A stretch of DNA of 64,000 nucleotides from an uncultured Dehalococcoidales bacterium (GCA_964548415.1 CAZJQG010000009.1:2854-66853), one strand, 5' to 3'. Shown: positions 18,232-28,515, counted from the stretch's first letter. Program-made: numbers and translations. Notes: generated from the letters alone by a model not told the origin.

Positions 18232-18867
18232 GTGGGTGTAGATGCGGCCCGAACCAGACTGATTGAAGGTCTGAGACACGGAATCCGCGATAGACGTGTG
18301 CTGTCCGCTATAGCGAGCGTGCCTCGAGAGCTATTCGTACCACCAGACTACCAATCTCTCGCCTATGAAGATATGCCCTTGACCATAGGCTTCGGCCAGA
18401 CAATTTCTCAACCTTTCATTGTGGCTTTAATGACCCAAGCCTTAAAATTAAGAGGTGATGAAAAGGTGCTGGAGCTCGGTACCGGAAGCGGCTATCAGAC
18501 GGCCATACTGGCGGTTCTGGCAAAACGTGTGGTAAGCGTTGAACGAATTGGCGAACTGGCATCATCGGCGAAGATGGCACTAAATCGTCTGGGCTGCAAA
18601 AATGTGGTGGTCCATAATTCAGTGGCAACGCTTGGCTGGCCCAAAGATGCTCCGTACGATGCCATCATGGTTACCGCCGGCGCCCCACGCATCCCTGATA
18701 TTTTACTAGAGCAATTGATCGTGGGTGGCAGGATGGTAATTCCGGTGGGTTCGAGGTGGGAGCAGGACCTGCTTATGGTAAGGAAGAGGAAAAGAAAGCA
18801 CCTGATCACTAATCTCGGCGGCTGCCGCTTCGTACCGCTAATAGGGGACGAAGCCTGGGAGAGCTAG
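18232..18867 (+). CDS. pcm: Protein-L-isoaspartate O-methyltransferase
   Basis: VPRELFVP, GQTISQP, VLELGTGSGYQ, APYDAIMVTA, RFVPL. Confidence 0.95.
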   Translation: MGVDAARTRLIEGLRHGIRDRRVLSAIASVPRELFVPPDYQSLAYEDMPLTIGFGQTISQPFIVALMTQALKLRGDEKVLELGTGSGYQTAILAVLAKRVVSVERIGELASSAKMALNRLGCKNVVVHNSVATLGWPKDAPYDAIMVTAGAPRIPDILLEQLIVGGRMVIPVGSRWEQDLLMVRKRKRKHLITNLGGCRFVPLIGDEAWES

Positions 18868-18894
18868 GCTTTAGTGCTATCAATTAGACCTGCG

Positions 18895-19295
18895 CTACTG
18901 TGATTCGACTGAGGGGTTTTTAGAAGGTACTGTAATCTTACCTTCAAGTGGCAGGGAATTATTACCCGCACTATCTTCAGCCACGATACGGTATGAGTGC
19001 TCGCGCGCCGGTAGATTTAGGAGAACTCCCCAATCAGCATATTCCTGGCCCTTGTTTTCAATTTCCATTTTAGTCAGCGGTACCTTGTCCCTCTCGTTGA
19101 ATTGAATGTATACGTCTTTCACTCGGTATCAGAGGTCGTATGGACAGTCAGGTTTATGCTTTCGCCCTCGACTATGCTTACCGGCATATTGGACTCCTGA
19201 ATCACCGGAGGATTTACCTTAGCGGCGCAGCCGGCAGCTATAATTGCCCATGCGGCCAGCAATATTGCTGACAGAACAGGATTAATCTATTACAG
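18895..19295 (-). pseudogene. Frameshifted lipoprotein with beta-rich (Ig-like) domain
   Basis: Upstream frame LSAILLAAWAIIAAG-C (lipobox)...TTSDT stops at TGA near 19120. It continues in another frame as VKDVYIQF...YRIVAEDSAGN. Confidence 0.6.
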
Positions 19296-19320
19296 AGAAT
19301 CGAAGAACAAAGTATAAACT

Positions 19321-19818
19321 TTAACTCTTATGGGCCTTGATATAACCTTTATCCAGCAGGTCTGCTAGACCCTCGATATCATTGATGGCAAACTGTCTGG
19401 CAGATGTTTCCACCGGCTCGTCTGTGGCTACGGCAATAAGGTTGTCCAGATCATCTAACAGTGGGCCGGCCGTACGCTGGTGCACCTGCACCTTGGGTTC
19501 CTGGCTCTGCTTGAAACCTTCCGTTAGTATAATGTCGTAACCGGTACCCAGTAACCGAGCTATGTCATTAAGGCCCGGCTGGCTGGAAAGCTTTTCGATC
19601 AATACCAGCTGGTCTGGAGAAATGACGACAGTGGCGCTGCTGCCAGCTTCAATATGGCGCCAACTGTCTTTGCCGGTCTTATCGAAGTCTAAGTGATGCG
19701 CTGAATGCTTGATCGTGGCCACTTTGTAGCCGCGTGATTTTAGTTCCGATATCAGCTTTTCTATTAGTGTCGTCTTCCCTGATTTAGGTTTACCTACAAT
19801 TGAGATTATTGGCGGCAT
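19321..19818 (-). CDS. mobB: Molybdopterin-guanine dinucleotide biosynthesis protein B
   Basis: GKPKSGKTT, VATIKH, GKDSWRH, DIILTEGFK. Confidence 0.93.
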   Translation of the reverse strand: MPPIISIVGKPKSGKTTLIEKLISELKSRGYKVATIKHSAHHLDFDKTGKDSWRHIEAGSSATVVISPDQLVLIEKLSSQPGLNDIARLLGTGYDIILTEGFKQSQEPKVQVHQRTAGPLLDDLDNLIAVATDEPVETSARQFAINDIEGLADLLDKGYIKAHKS

Positions 19819-19851
19819 GTTATCAATGTGGAAGTTAATGGAAGATACTTT

Positions 19852-20301
19852 TCAACATTTGCGGTAGGCTTTTTTCCATGGTTCTTTTCTAATAGCCATG
19901 TAGTCGAGTGTGGCAGCTTTGACCGTATTGGCGGCTAGCAGGGCGCAGTGCTTATTAGCTTCTGGCAGTCCATCCAGAGCCTCTACGATATCGTTCTGAC
20001 TGATAGTCAGAGCCCGGGAGACATCTTTACCTTTGATCAACTCGGAGGCCATGCTGCCGCAGGCGACCGTGGTGCTGCAGCCGTTCGTCCAAAAAGAGGC
20101 ATTGGTTATCTTGCCGTCCGTGGCTTTAAGCCGTATTTCCATGATTTCGCCGCAGCCACTGGTAGCAGAACCGAAACCGTCCGGAGTTGTGATCTGTTCG
20201 AGATTACGCGGATTCATGGCATGGTCGATAACCGTCTCCGAATAGATTTTCTTCATGGTTTCCAGTATTTCTTTTTCCAGTTCGTCGAATTTATCAGGCA
20301 T
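19852..20301 (-). CDS. NifU/IscU-like Fe-S scaffold protein
   Basis: DHAMNPRN, SGCGE, NGC..TVACGS, GLP..KHCA. Confidence 0.9.
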   Translation of the reverse strand: MPDKFDELEKEILETMKKIYSETVIDHAMNPRNLEQITTPDGFGSATSGCGEIMEIRLKATDGKITNASFWTNGCSTTVACGSMASELIKGKDVSRALTISQNDIVEALDGLPEANKHCALLAANTVKAATLDYMAIRKEPWKKAYRKC

Positions 20302-20313
20302 GTCCGGTCTCCG

Positions 20314-21327
20314 CTACGATTTTCTAGCCCTTTCCGGCAGCGCCTTAATAAAGTTGCGGCTCAGGGTATCGAGAATTTCAGAACTATAGCGCTCGATGTT
20401 CCCCTCGTCGCAGAGTGTGGAGAGTTTGGGGTCGATGGGTATCTCAGCCAGAATTGGAGCACCGGTTATCTCCGACATTTCCTGGCTGCGGCTTTTGCCG
20501 AAGAGCTCCAGCTTCTTCTTACTGCCGGGCGGTACGAAATAGCTCATGTTTTCCACGATTCCAAGAATTGGGATGTCCAGCTGCCGCGCCATTCTGACGG
20601 CCTTCTTAACCACCATTGCTGCCAGTTCTTGCGGGCTGAAAACGATTACGGTGCCGGATACGGGGACGGTCTGTAAAACGGTCAGCGGTGCATCGGCGGT
20701 TCCCGGTGGCAGGTCAACTACCAGATAATCGAGCTTGCCCCAGAGAACTTCTTCCCAGAATTGCTGGATTACCCGGCTAATGATAGGACCGCGCCAGATA
20801 ACAGCATCGTCTTCATGTTCCAGTAGCAGATTGATTGACATAACGCTGATGCCTAGTTTGGACAATACCGGTAAAATACCTGATTCACTGCTTCGCGGTC
20901 GGGTGCCACCTAGACCGAACATCTTGGGTATGCTGGGGCCGGTGATATCGGCATCGAGTATGCCGACCTCTTTACCGGCACGGGTGAGAGCAATACTGAG
21001 CAACGCTGAAAGCAGGGATTTTCCGACGCCTCCCTTACCGCTCATAACGGCAATTACATAGCCGACCTCGTTGATCTCTTTGGGCATCGCTTCAACAAAG
21101 TCTATGGTTACCTGGCCGACGCCCTCCAGTTGCCCTACAGCAGCACTGACTTTGGTCTTGAGCCAATCCTGAGAAGCGGTGTCCAGAGCTGTCGAAGCCA
21201 GGATAATATTTACTCTATTATCTGAGACCTTAATTTCGCGGATTAAATTCAGTTTGACCGGGCTGCGCATAGCACCCGGGACCAATATATCTTCCAGGCT
21301 TCCTATTATCTGTTGTTCAGTGGCCAT
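20314..21327 (-). CDS. mrp: Mrp/ApbC/NBP35 Fe-S carrier ATPase with N-terminal DUF59-like domain
   Basis: SGKGGVGKS, DADITGPSIP, WRGP, DLPPGTAD, GIVENMS. Confidence 0.93.
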   Translation of the reverse strand: MATEQQIIGSLEDILVPGAMRSPVKLNLIREIKVSDNRVNIILASTALDTASQDWLKTKVSAAVGQLEGVGQVTIDFVEAMPKEINEVGYVIAVMSGKGGVGKSLLSALLSIALTRAGKEVGILDADITGPSIPKMFGLGGTRPRSSESGILPVLSKLGISVMSINLLLEHEDDAVIWRGPIISRVIQQFWEEVLWGKLDYLVVDLPPGTADAPLTVLQTVPVSGTVIVFSPQELAAMVVKKAVRMARQLDIPILGIVENMSYFVPPGSKKKLELFGKSRSQEMSEITGAPILAEIPIDPKLSTLCDEGNIERYSSEILDTLSRNFIKALPERARKS

Positions 21328-21391
21328 TTCGATTTATCGAACTACTAAGTTTACTAGTTTTAACCTTTGGATTCAAAATAGTTGCTCTGAT

Positions 21392-21430
21392 TAAAATGGT
21401 AGGGGCTCACTTTTGGTGGCCCCTACTTCA
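21392..21430 (-). terminator. Terminator after the hox-like operon
   Basis: Minus-strand GTAGGGGCCAC...GTGAGCCCCTAC followed by CATTTTAA. Confidence 0.6.
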
Positions 21431-21451
21431 AATTTTCTTTAAGACGATGAA

Positions 21452-22903
21452 TTATCTGGTTATCTCTTTGACGACCTCGCCGCCGGCTGAGACAATCTCG
21501 ACCTTGAACGGCATTTGGCCAAGTGCATGGGTCGAGCATGATAGACAAGGGTCGTAGCAGCGGATGGCTACCTCGACGCGGTTTAGTATACCTTCGGTGA
21601 TTTTGTTGTTCTTAATGAACTCCCGAGCCACTGTGTATACCGCCTTATTCATGGCGGCATTGTTATTGCCTGTGGCCACGATAAGGTTTACCCTGGTTAT
21701 TTTGCCGCTATCGTCGACCCAGTAATGATGGAACAGGGTTCCGCGCGGGGCTTCAAGAACACCAACGCCCTGCTCATTGAACTTGTTGGACGAAACCATC
21801 AGGTCGGTGGAACAAATGTCGTGGTCCTCCATGAGTTGCTGAGTTCTTTCCAGCGCGTAAAGCAGCTCTATCAGGCGGGCATAGTGATAATAAAGAGAGC
21901 CTTCGACGGGTGCGCCATTGCCGATCTTCTTGAAATTCTTAAGTTCGGCATTAGCCTTGGGTGTGGATATGCCCTGAGCGACGTTAAGACGGCCAAGTGG
22001 CCCACAACGATACGTACCTTCAGGGTATCCCATCTTCTTATAGAAGGGGAATTTCAAGTACGACCAGTCTTCCACGTGCTCGTTTATGTAATTGAGGTAG
22101 TTGGCAGGCTCGAATTTATCTTCCAGTACTTTACCCTTGGCATCGATTATGGTCAATTTGCCGTCATAAAGTTCCAGATTGTTGTCCTCATCAACCAGCC
22201 CCATATAACCACTTGGAAAGCTGGCGCATGTGCAAATAAAATCATTGTGCTGGTCGTAGTATCCTTTGAGTAGCTTAATGGCGGCTTCAGCGTCTGCTAT
22301 GGATGGAGCAATTTGCTTCAGGAATTTATCTCGGTCGGCAGCCGATAGAGGCGTATTCATACCTCCGGGTACAGCACCGTTCGGGTGTACCTTTTTCCCG
22401 CCAAGAGCCTGGATGATAGTCTGACCAAAGCTACGCAGTAACACGCCTTTAGTTGCCAGTTCCGGGTTCACTGCGATTAATCCGATTACGTTCCTTGTTG
22501 CAGGGTCGGAATCCACGCCCAATAGCAGGTCGGGGCTGGCCAGATGGAAGAAATGGAGGGCGTGAGATTGGATGGTTTGTCCCATGTGCATCAGTTCACG
22601 CAAAAGTTTAGCCGGGCGTGTAAGTTCGACTCCCAATATAGCATCGCCGGCCTTGGCCGCACCAAGGTGATGGCTTACCGGGCAGATACCGCATATTCTG
22701 GGTGTAATTGCTGGCATTTCCCAGAGCACTCTGCCTTCGCAGAACTTCTCGAAACCGCGGAACTGTGTAACGTTGAACCTGGCGTCGATGGCATTACCGG
22801 CTTCATCGAGCTGGATAGTAACCTTTCCATGCCCTTCAATACGGCTGACCGGGTTTATCTCTATTGTCCTTTTTCCGCTTGCCTTTTTAGTCTCAGTTAC
22901 CAT
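21452..22903 (-). CDS. hoxH: [NiFe]-hydrogenase large subunit, group 3d (HoxH/HydL-like)
   Basis: RIEGHG, L1 motif RICGICP, EAPRGTL, L2 motif DPCLSCSTH plus cleavable C-terminal tail. Confidence 0.95.
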   Translation of the reverse strand: MVTETKKASGKRTIEINPVSRIEGHGKVTIQLDEAGNAIDARFNVTQFRGFEKFCEGRVLWEMPAITPRICGICPVSHHLGAAKAGDAILGVELTRPAKLLRELMHMGQTIQSHALHFFHLASPDLLLGVDSDPATRNVIGLIAVNPELATKGVLLRSFGQTIIQALGGKKVHPNGAVPGGMNTPLSAADRDKFLKQIAPSIADAEAAIKLLKGYYDQHNDFICTCASFPSGYMGLVDEDNNLELYDGKLTIIDAKGKVLEDKFEPANYLNYINEHVEDWSYLKFPFYKKMGYPEGTYRCGPLGRLNVAQGISTPKANAELKNFKKIGNGAPVEGSLYYHYARLIELLYALERTQQLMEDHDICSTDLMVSSNKFNEQGVGVLEAPRGTLFHHYWVDDSGKITRVNLIVATGNNNAAMNKAVYTVAREFIKNNKITEGILNRVEVAIRCYDPCLSCSTHALGQMPFKVEIVSAGGEVVKEITR

Positions 22904-22930
22904 GGCAACACCTCTCAGATTTAATCATAG

Positions 22931-23467
22931 TTAGTCAAAACGCATCATGTCCGGCGGTAAAACCGGTAGCCTGCCAGCCAGCAACTCTTTCAAGCCATAT
23001 AGTATGGCGCTGGCTTCAGGGGGACAGCCGGGTACGTAGCAATCCACTTTGACTACGTTGTTTACCGGCAGTACCTTGTCCAGAAGTGCCGGCACGCCAG
23101 GTGGGTGGGGTATCTTACCATTTACAGTGCTTTCAGACTCGATGTAGGCACGCCTGAGCACCTCGTCCTTGTCCAGACTACTGCGCATAGCACACACGCC
23201 GCCGAAGCAGGCACAGTCGCCCCAGGCCATAAGAATCTTGCAGTGAGCCCTTAAATCCTTCAATACCTCTTCCTCTTCGGCATTGCCTACCGAGCCTTCC
23301 ACTATACCGACATCCACCTGTGGGAACTCTTTAATATCTGTTATCGGCGTCCTGGTGAACTCGATGGCATTGGCTAAATCAATAATAGCGGCATCGATAT
23401 CTAAAAACGACATATGACAGCCGGAACAGCCTTCCAACCAGACTGAAGCTACTTTTACTTTTGCCAT
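22931..23467 (-). CDS. hoxY: [NiFe]-hydrogenase small subunit, short single-cluster type (HoxY/HydS)
   Basis: [23 protein letters not shown]. 178 aa with no medial or distal cluster motifs. Confidence 0.93.
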   Translation of the reverse strand: MAKVKVASVWLEGCSGCHMSFLDIDAAIIDLANAIEFTRTPITDIKEFPQVDVGIVEGSVGNAEEEEVLKDLRAHCKILMAWGDCACFGGVCAMRSSLDKDEVLRRAYIESESTVNGKIPHPPGVPALLDKVLPVNNVVKVDCYVPGCPPEASAILYGLKELLAGRLPVLPPDMMRFD

Positions 23468-23486
23468 ATGATTTACTCCTTCCAGA

Positions 23487-25412
23487 TTACTTGAAACGCC
23501 TGGCGATTTCGCTTATCGTTTCCCAGTCTGCTCTTGTACCTTCGGCCGGTTTAACCAAACGTGAGACGGATATTGGAGAACCATCAAGCAGACTGAAATT
23601 TCCGCCAGTCTCAGTCCAGGTTGGCGACGGTAAGACCACGTCGGCTTTTTGAGCCAGGGGTGTTAGATAGCTGGTTTGAACTATCAGGAAATCCAGGCCC
23701 TTCGGCGCTGCCACGTCGTTTGCCCCGGCATAATCATCGGCCAGAAGCACATACAGGGCTTTTACTCCATTCTTGGCTAAATTGGCGGCAATTGATTCTG
23801 TGCCGTTGGAGACCCCTGAATCCCAGGCAAATCGGCTATTGCCCTTCGACTTTAAAACTACGACGTCGGCTTTGCCCTTGTTCTCCGTTCCCGAAACAGC
23901 GGCTAACTTATATAGAGCGGTTATAAGTGCGGCATTCTTCTGCTGCAGTACGCCCCCACCGTAAACGATGATAGTTCGCTTAGCCTTGCCCAGAATCTGG
24001 GTCGCTTCTTTCAGTTCTTTCTGCCCGATGCCAGTTGTAGCATCCTCCTTGACAGGGCCGCCACCGACTGACTTTGCCAGGTTGCTTAAAACTGAAGCTT
24101 CCTGTCCCTTCTTTGGTTTTAACCACATTGCCGCGTACTCGGGCAGCACATTGTGCGCCGGGTCGAGCACAATTAATTTTGCTTTATTCTTTCTTACTGC
24201 CCTCACGATATAAGAGCCGGCTACCGGATGGGTATCGAAAGGATTAGCACCTGCTAACAGTATGCAATCAGCGTTAAAAATCTCTTCCAGCGGGACCTCA
24301 GTCTTCAAATCCGCCTTACTATCGAAAGCCTTAATACCTTTCATAACCGCCCGGTATTCATCGCCGTCGAAAGTGTCGAATAGTTTGCTGCCCAGTGTTC
24401 CGCTGATTAAATCCTTAAAGGCTTTCAAGGCCTGGCTGCTGGCTTGACTTGAAGCCAGCCCGGCTATGCTGCCGGAGCCATTATGAGCCTTGAACTGGCT
24501 GAGCTTCTTGGCCACAGTTTCCAGGGCTTCGTTCACGGAGCAAGGTTCCAGCTTGCCCTGGGCATTTTTAACCATCGCTGTCTTTACCCTGGGGTGATCC
24601 TGGCTCAGAGGGCCGAAGCGTCCCATGTAGCAGAGCAGCCCGTCGTGCTGGGATGGGTCAGGGCTGTCTATCCGAAACAGAATATTGCTTTTTACAAACC
24701 CTTTAACAGCACAGCCAATACCGCATATAGGACAAACGGTAGTGACCTCCTTGGACTCAGGACGCTTACCTTTATATGCGCTCTTCTTGGAGTAAATGGC
24801 GCCAGTGGGACAAGCCTGGAAACAAGCTCCACAAGATATACAGGTTGACTTGCCCAGTGGTTGATTCAGGTCGGCCACCACGACATCTTTCCAGCCTCGA
24901 TAACCGAAGTCGAGTGTATGAACGCCGACTATTTCGTTACAGGTCCTTATACATCTGCCGCACAGTATGCAGCGGTTATGGTCGATAACCAGGTATTCGT
25001 GCTGGGAGTCTATAGGTAAGGCAGGCCAGGCGTAGGGATAGCGGGTACTGTCCATCTGATAGCGGTAACCAAGCTTCTGCAGTTCGCAGTCGCCGCTGGC
25101 TACGCACTGGGCGCAGAGATGGTTGCGCTCTGTGAACATGATTTCCAGTACGAGACGGCGATACTTTTCCAGTTTTTCATTTTGTGTCTGTATGACAAGT
25201 CCGTCTCGTGCCGGATAAGTACAGGCCGGAACGGGCCGTCTTTCTCTCTCGACTTCGACGATGCACATACGGCAGGCTGCCACGTCTGTCAGCCCTTTCA
25301 TATGGCACAGAGTCGGTACATTGATACCGTTAGCTTCACAGACCTCTAGGACGGTATCGCCCTCTTTTCCCTTGACCTGCTTGCCATCGATGGTTAATGT
25401 AATCTCTTTCAT
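23487..25412 (-). CDS. hoxU: NuoG/HoxU/HydA-like Fe-S subunit with cofactor-less molybdopterin-oxidoreductase scaffold
   Basis: [2Fe-2S] PTLC..CRMC..PAC, HxCxxC..C, two [4Fe-4S] (CILCGRC, CISCGAC), CPICGIGC..LC, and C-terminal ADVVLPS..E. Confidence 0.88.
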   Translation of the reverse strand: MKEITLTIDGKQVKGKEGDTVLEVCEANGINVPTLCHMKGLTDVAACRMCIVEVERERRPVPACTYPARDGLVIQTQNEKLEKYRRLVLEIMFTERNHLCAQCVASGDCELQKLGYRYQMDSTRYPYAWPALPIDSQHEYLVIDHNRCILCGRCIRTCNEIVGVHTLDFGYRGWKDVVVADLNQPLGKSTCISCGACFQACPTGAIYSKKSAYKGKRPESKEVTTVCPICGIGCAVKGFVKSNILFRIDSPDPSQHDGLLCYMGRFGPLSQDHPRVKTAMVKNAQGKLEPCSVNEALETVAKKLSQFKAHNGSGSIAGLASSQASSQALKAFKDLISGTLGSKLFDTFDGDEYRAVMKGIKAFDSKADLKTEVPLEEIFNADCILLAGANPFDTHPVAGSYIVRAVRKNKAKLIVLDPAHNVLPEYAAMWLKPKKGQEASVLSNLAKSVGGGPVKEDATTGIGQKELKEATQILGKAKRTIIVYGGGVLQQKNAALITALYKLAAVSGTENKGKADVVVLKSKGNSRFAWDSGVSNGTESIAANLAKNGVKALYVLLADDYAGANDVAAPKGLDFLIVQTSYLTPLAQKADVVLPSPTWTETGGNFSLLDGSPISVSRLVKPAEGTRADWETISEIARRFK

Positions 25413-25414
25413 GC

Positions 25415-28400
25415 TTATTCTCCTACCTCAAGGTCACATCTGAGACAACGGCTACCTTCGATTTGGGCCTCCTTAGGTGTGAATGGTATGGCTACTTCTT
25501 TGTAATTACCCTTTCTCTGGGCGCTACTCAATTCCTTCATTGCCACTCTCGGTCTTTCCTTTAATTCCTCCTCAGTCGGTGGAATTGGCGGGATTTCAAT
25601 GGGTTTGTAATCATTGCGTTCTACCAGTGGCGATAGCGGCTCGCCGCTGAGGAATCTTCTGATAGATGAAGCCGCCCTTTGTCCCTGGGCAATGGCTTCA
25701 ATTACTGTGGACGGTCCGGTGACGGCGTCACCTCCGGCGAATACACCTTCACGAGCCGTGACCAGGGTTCGCTTATCGGCGGCTATGGTGCCGCCCCTGC
25801 CGGTGCTAATATCTGAGCTCAAGAAGGAGGTATCCGGCCGTTGTCCGGTGGCTTCTATGACCATATCGAAATTCATGGTATATTCAGATCCTGATATGGG
25901 ATTTGGAGTCCTCCGGCCGCTGGTGTCGAAGTCTTTAAGCTCCATACGTACCATTTCGAGACCCGTTACGACGCCGTTACTACCCAGTATCTTGGTTGGT
26001 GTGGCGAGACAATTGATTTGAACGCCTTCTTCTTCAGCGGCTGTAATTTCATCCCGCAGTGCCGGCATATCTTGCTGTTCACGGCGATAGAGTATGTGAA
26101 CTTCCTTGGCACCTTCTCTTAATGCCACCCGTGCAGCATCGATGGCAGAGTTGCCACCACCGATGACCGCAACCTTCTGGCCTACTTTTACTTTCTTGCC
26201 CAGGTTTAACTCTCTCAAGAACTCAATGGCATCGTAGACTCCGGCTAACTCTTCACCCGGGATCCTCATCCTGTCGCCCTTGTGAGCTCCGGTTGCGATA
26301 AAAACAGCCTGGAATTTATTATCTTTCAGCAAGCTGTCTATGCTATCTACCCGTGAGTTCAATTTTATTTCAACTCCGAGCTTCTGAATGACCTCGATTT
26401 CGTTCTTCAACAGGTTTTTGGGCAGACGGTACTCGGGTATACCTACGGCCAGCATACCGCCGGCTACAGGTAAGGATTCGAATATAGTCACCTTATAGCC
26501 TTCATGGGCCAGGTCCCAGGCGGCCGCTAGGCCGGCAGGGCCGGCCCCAATGATAGCTACCTTTTCTTTCTTCGGTTCCTTCAATTGCGGCTTGTATTCG
26601 ATGCCGTGTTCAAATGCCCAGTCAGCGGCGAACCTGTGGAGATTTCTTATCGATATAGGTTCTTCGACCTGCTGTCTGCGACATTTCCTCTCACAGGGGT
26701 GTGGGCAAACTCTGCCCACGCTCAATGGTAAAGGTAAGCGTTCCATAATAACGCGGTAAGCCTGCTCGAAATTACCCTGCTTGATGAAAGCGATATAGCC
26801 CGGTGCATCCAAACCTACGGGGCAGGTGCCGGAGCACGGAGCTTTAAATAACGCCGAGCAAACAACAGCAGGACATTTCTTATCTATTATGTGAGCTTCA
26901 TACTCTTCTCTGAAATGACGAAGTGTGGTCAGTACGGGGTTGGGAGCTGTCTGCCCCAGGCCACAGATTGACGCAGAGCAGACCATATCAGCCAATTCTG
27001 AAAGCGTGACCAAATCTTCCATGGTAGCTTTGCCTTCGGTTATTTTGGTCAAGAAGGCAAGCATCTTGGGTATGCCACCGCGGCAGGGGGTACATTTACC
27101 GCAGGACTCGTCCCTGGTAAACTGCAGAAAGAATTTGGCCACATCGACCATACAGCTGTCCTCGTCCATTACCACCAGGCCGCCTGAACCCATAATTGCG
27201 CCTAGGGCGGTCACTGCTTCATAGTCTACCGGTGTATTCAGGTGTTCGATGGGTATAACCCCTCCTGAAGGCCCGCCGATTTGCACCGCCTTGAATTGCT
27301 TTCCTTTAGGTATGCCGCCGCCGATATCGAATACGATTTTTCCGAGCGGGGTACCCAACGGTACTTCGACCAGCCCGGTATTATTAACCTTGCCGACGAG
27401 ACACAGCGTCTTGGTGCCCTTGCTGGTGGCCGTGCCTACGCTACCGAACCAATCAGCACCTTTCCAGATTATCTGGGGTACATTTGACCAGGTTTCGACG
27501 TTGTTCAACGTTGTTGGTTTATCGAAAAGGCCTTTATTTGCCGGGAAAGGAGGGCGCTGGCGGGGGTTACCTCGTTTACCTTCGATTGAAGTTAATAGGG
27601 CGGTCTCTTCACCGCAGACGAAAGCACCGGCACCGGGGAATATATCCAGGTCAAATTCGAAGCCGGTTCCCAGTATGTTATTACCCAGCAGACCATATTC
27701 TCGAGCCTGACTTATTGCATGGTTTAGTGTCTCAATAGCCAGCGGGTATTCGGCACGCACATAGGCGTATCCCTGCCGCACATTGCCGATGGCATAAGCG
27801 CCTATGGCCATACCTTCGATTATCGAGTGCGGGTTACCTTCGAGGACAGCCCGGTTCATGTACGCGCCCGGGTCGCCCTCGTCACCGTTGCAGACAACGA
27901 ATTTTTCATCTCCGACAGCGTTACGAACGAAAGTCCATTTAGTGCCGGTAGGGAACCCTGCTCCTCCACGACCTCTGAGACCTGCCTTCCCTACTTCGGT
28001 TATTACGTCCTCGGGCTTCATTTGGGTTAGCGCCTTAGCCAGGCCCTGGTAGCCATCTCTGGCAATGTACTCGTTGATATTCATCGGATTAAGGTCCTGA
28101 TTGTGCATAACCCGTATTTCCTGTAGCTTGAGCAGCGGGTCGCCGCTGTCCAGCTTCCACTCATCGATTACCTTGCTGCCGACTAAATGTTTCTGAATTA
28201 TCTCGGATACTTTGGCCTCGGTAACATCGGAGTAAGTTGTTGTTCCCATCTTGGGATGTACTATTGTTACCACAGGTTCCCGGTCACAAAGGCCTATGCA
28301 AGCTGCTTTAAGCACGGATACATCCGACAATTTGCCGGTTTTAACGCCTTTCTCAAAGGCTTGAAGGACTTTGTTGGCGCCGGAAGATATGCCGCATGTG

Positions 28401-28504
28401 CCGAGATGAACCTTAACCTGGATCTTCTTCTCTTGTTGGGCCAACCTCCCTTGTACTTTATCTCTGAGCTGTGTCAGTTCTTTCACAGATGCAAGTGGTT
28501 TCAT
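25415..28504 (-). CDS. hoxF: NuoF/HoxF/HydB NADH-FMN subunit fused to a C-terminal GltD/NfnB-like FAD oxidoreductase
   Basis: N-terminal thioredoxin-like Fe-S domain, GLRGRGGAGFP, CNGDEGDPGA, FVCGEETAL, ESCGKCTPC. Then PCSGTCP..CPHPCERKC, IGAGPAGL, GIPEYRLP, GGGNSAID, YRR, GVFAGGD, RCLRC. Confidence 0.93.
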   Translation of the reverse strand: MKPLASVKELTQLRDKVQGRLAQQEKKIQVKVHLGTCGISSGANKVLQAFEKGVKTGKLSDVSVLKAACIGLCDREPVVTIVHPKMGTTTYSDVTEAKVSEIIQKHLVGSKVIDEWKLDSGDPLLKLQEIRVMHNQDLNPMNINEYIARDGYQGLAKALTQMKPEDVITEVGKAGLRGRGGAGFPTGTKWTFVRNAVGDEKFVVCNGDEGDPGAYMNRAVLEGNPHSIIEGMAIGAYAIGNVRQGYAYVRAEYPLAIETLNHAISQAREYGLLGNNILGTGFEFDLDIFPGAGAFVCGEETALLTSIEGKRGNPRQRPPFPANKGLFDKPTTLNNVETWSNVPQIIWKGADWFGSVGTATSKGTKTLCLVGKVNNTGLVEVPLGTPLGKIVFDIGGGIPKGKQFKAVQIGGPSGGVIPIEHLNTPVDYEAVTALGAIMGSGGLVVMDEDSCMVDVAKFFLQFTRDESCGKCTPCRGGIPKMLAFLTKITEGKATMEDLVTLSELADMVCSASICGLGQTAPNPVLTTLRHFREEYEAHIIDKKCPAVVCSALFKAPCSGTCPVGLDAPGYIAFIKQGNFEQAYRVIMERLPLPLSVGRVCPHPCERKCRRQQVEEPISIRNLHRFAADWAFEHGIEYKPQLKEPKKEKVAIIGAGPAGLAAAWDLAHEGYKVTIFESLPVAGGMLAVGIPEYRLPKNLLKNEIEVIQKLGVEIKLNSRVDSIDSLLKDNKFQAVFIATGAHKGDRMRIPGEELAGVYDAIEFLRELNLGKKVKVGQKVAVIGGGNSAIDAARVALREGAKEVHILYRREQQDMPALRDEITAAEEEGVQINCLATPTKILGSNGVVTGLEMVRMELKDFDTSGRRTPNPISGSEYTMNFDMVIEATGQRPDTSFLSSDISTGRGGTIAADKRTLVTAREGVFAGGDAVTGPSTVIEAIAQGQRAASSIRRFLSGEPLSPLVERNDYKPIEIPPIPPTEEELKERPRVAMKELSSAQRKGNYKEVAIPFTPKEAQIEGSRCLRCDLEVGE

Positions 28505-28515
28505 CGTACTTTCTC

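Noticed and set aside
19119-19121. In-frame TGA as a selenocysteine codon in the lipoprotein remnant
   Set aside because: The plausible protein continues in a different frame, so a frameshift explains it better than readthrough.
19948-20676. 242-aa plus-strand ORF and the many other antisense ORFs in the track
   Set aside because: They are shadows of well-supported genes on the opposite strand and show no family motifs.
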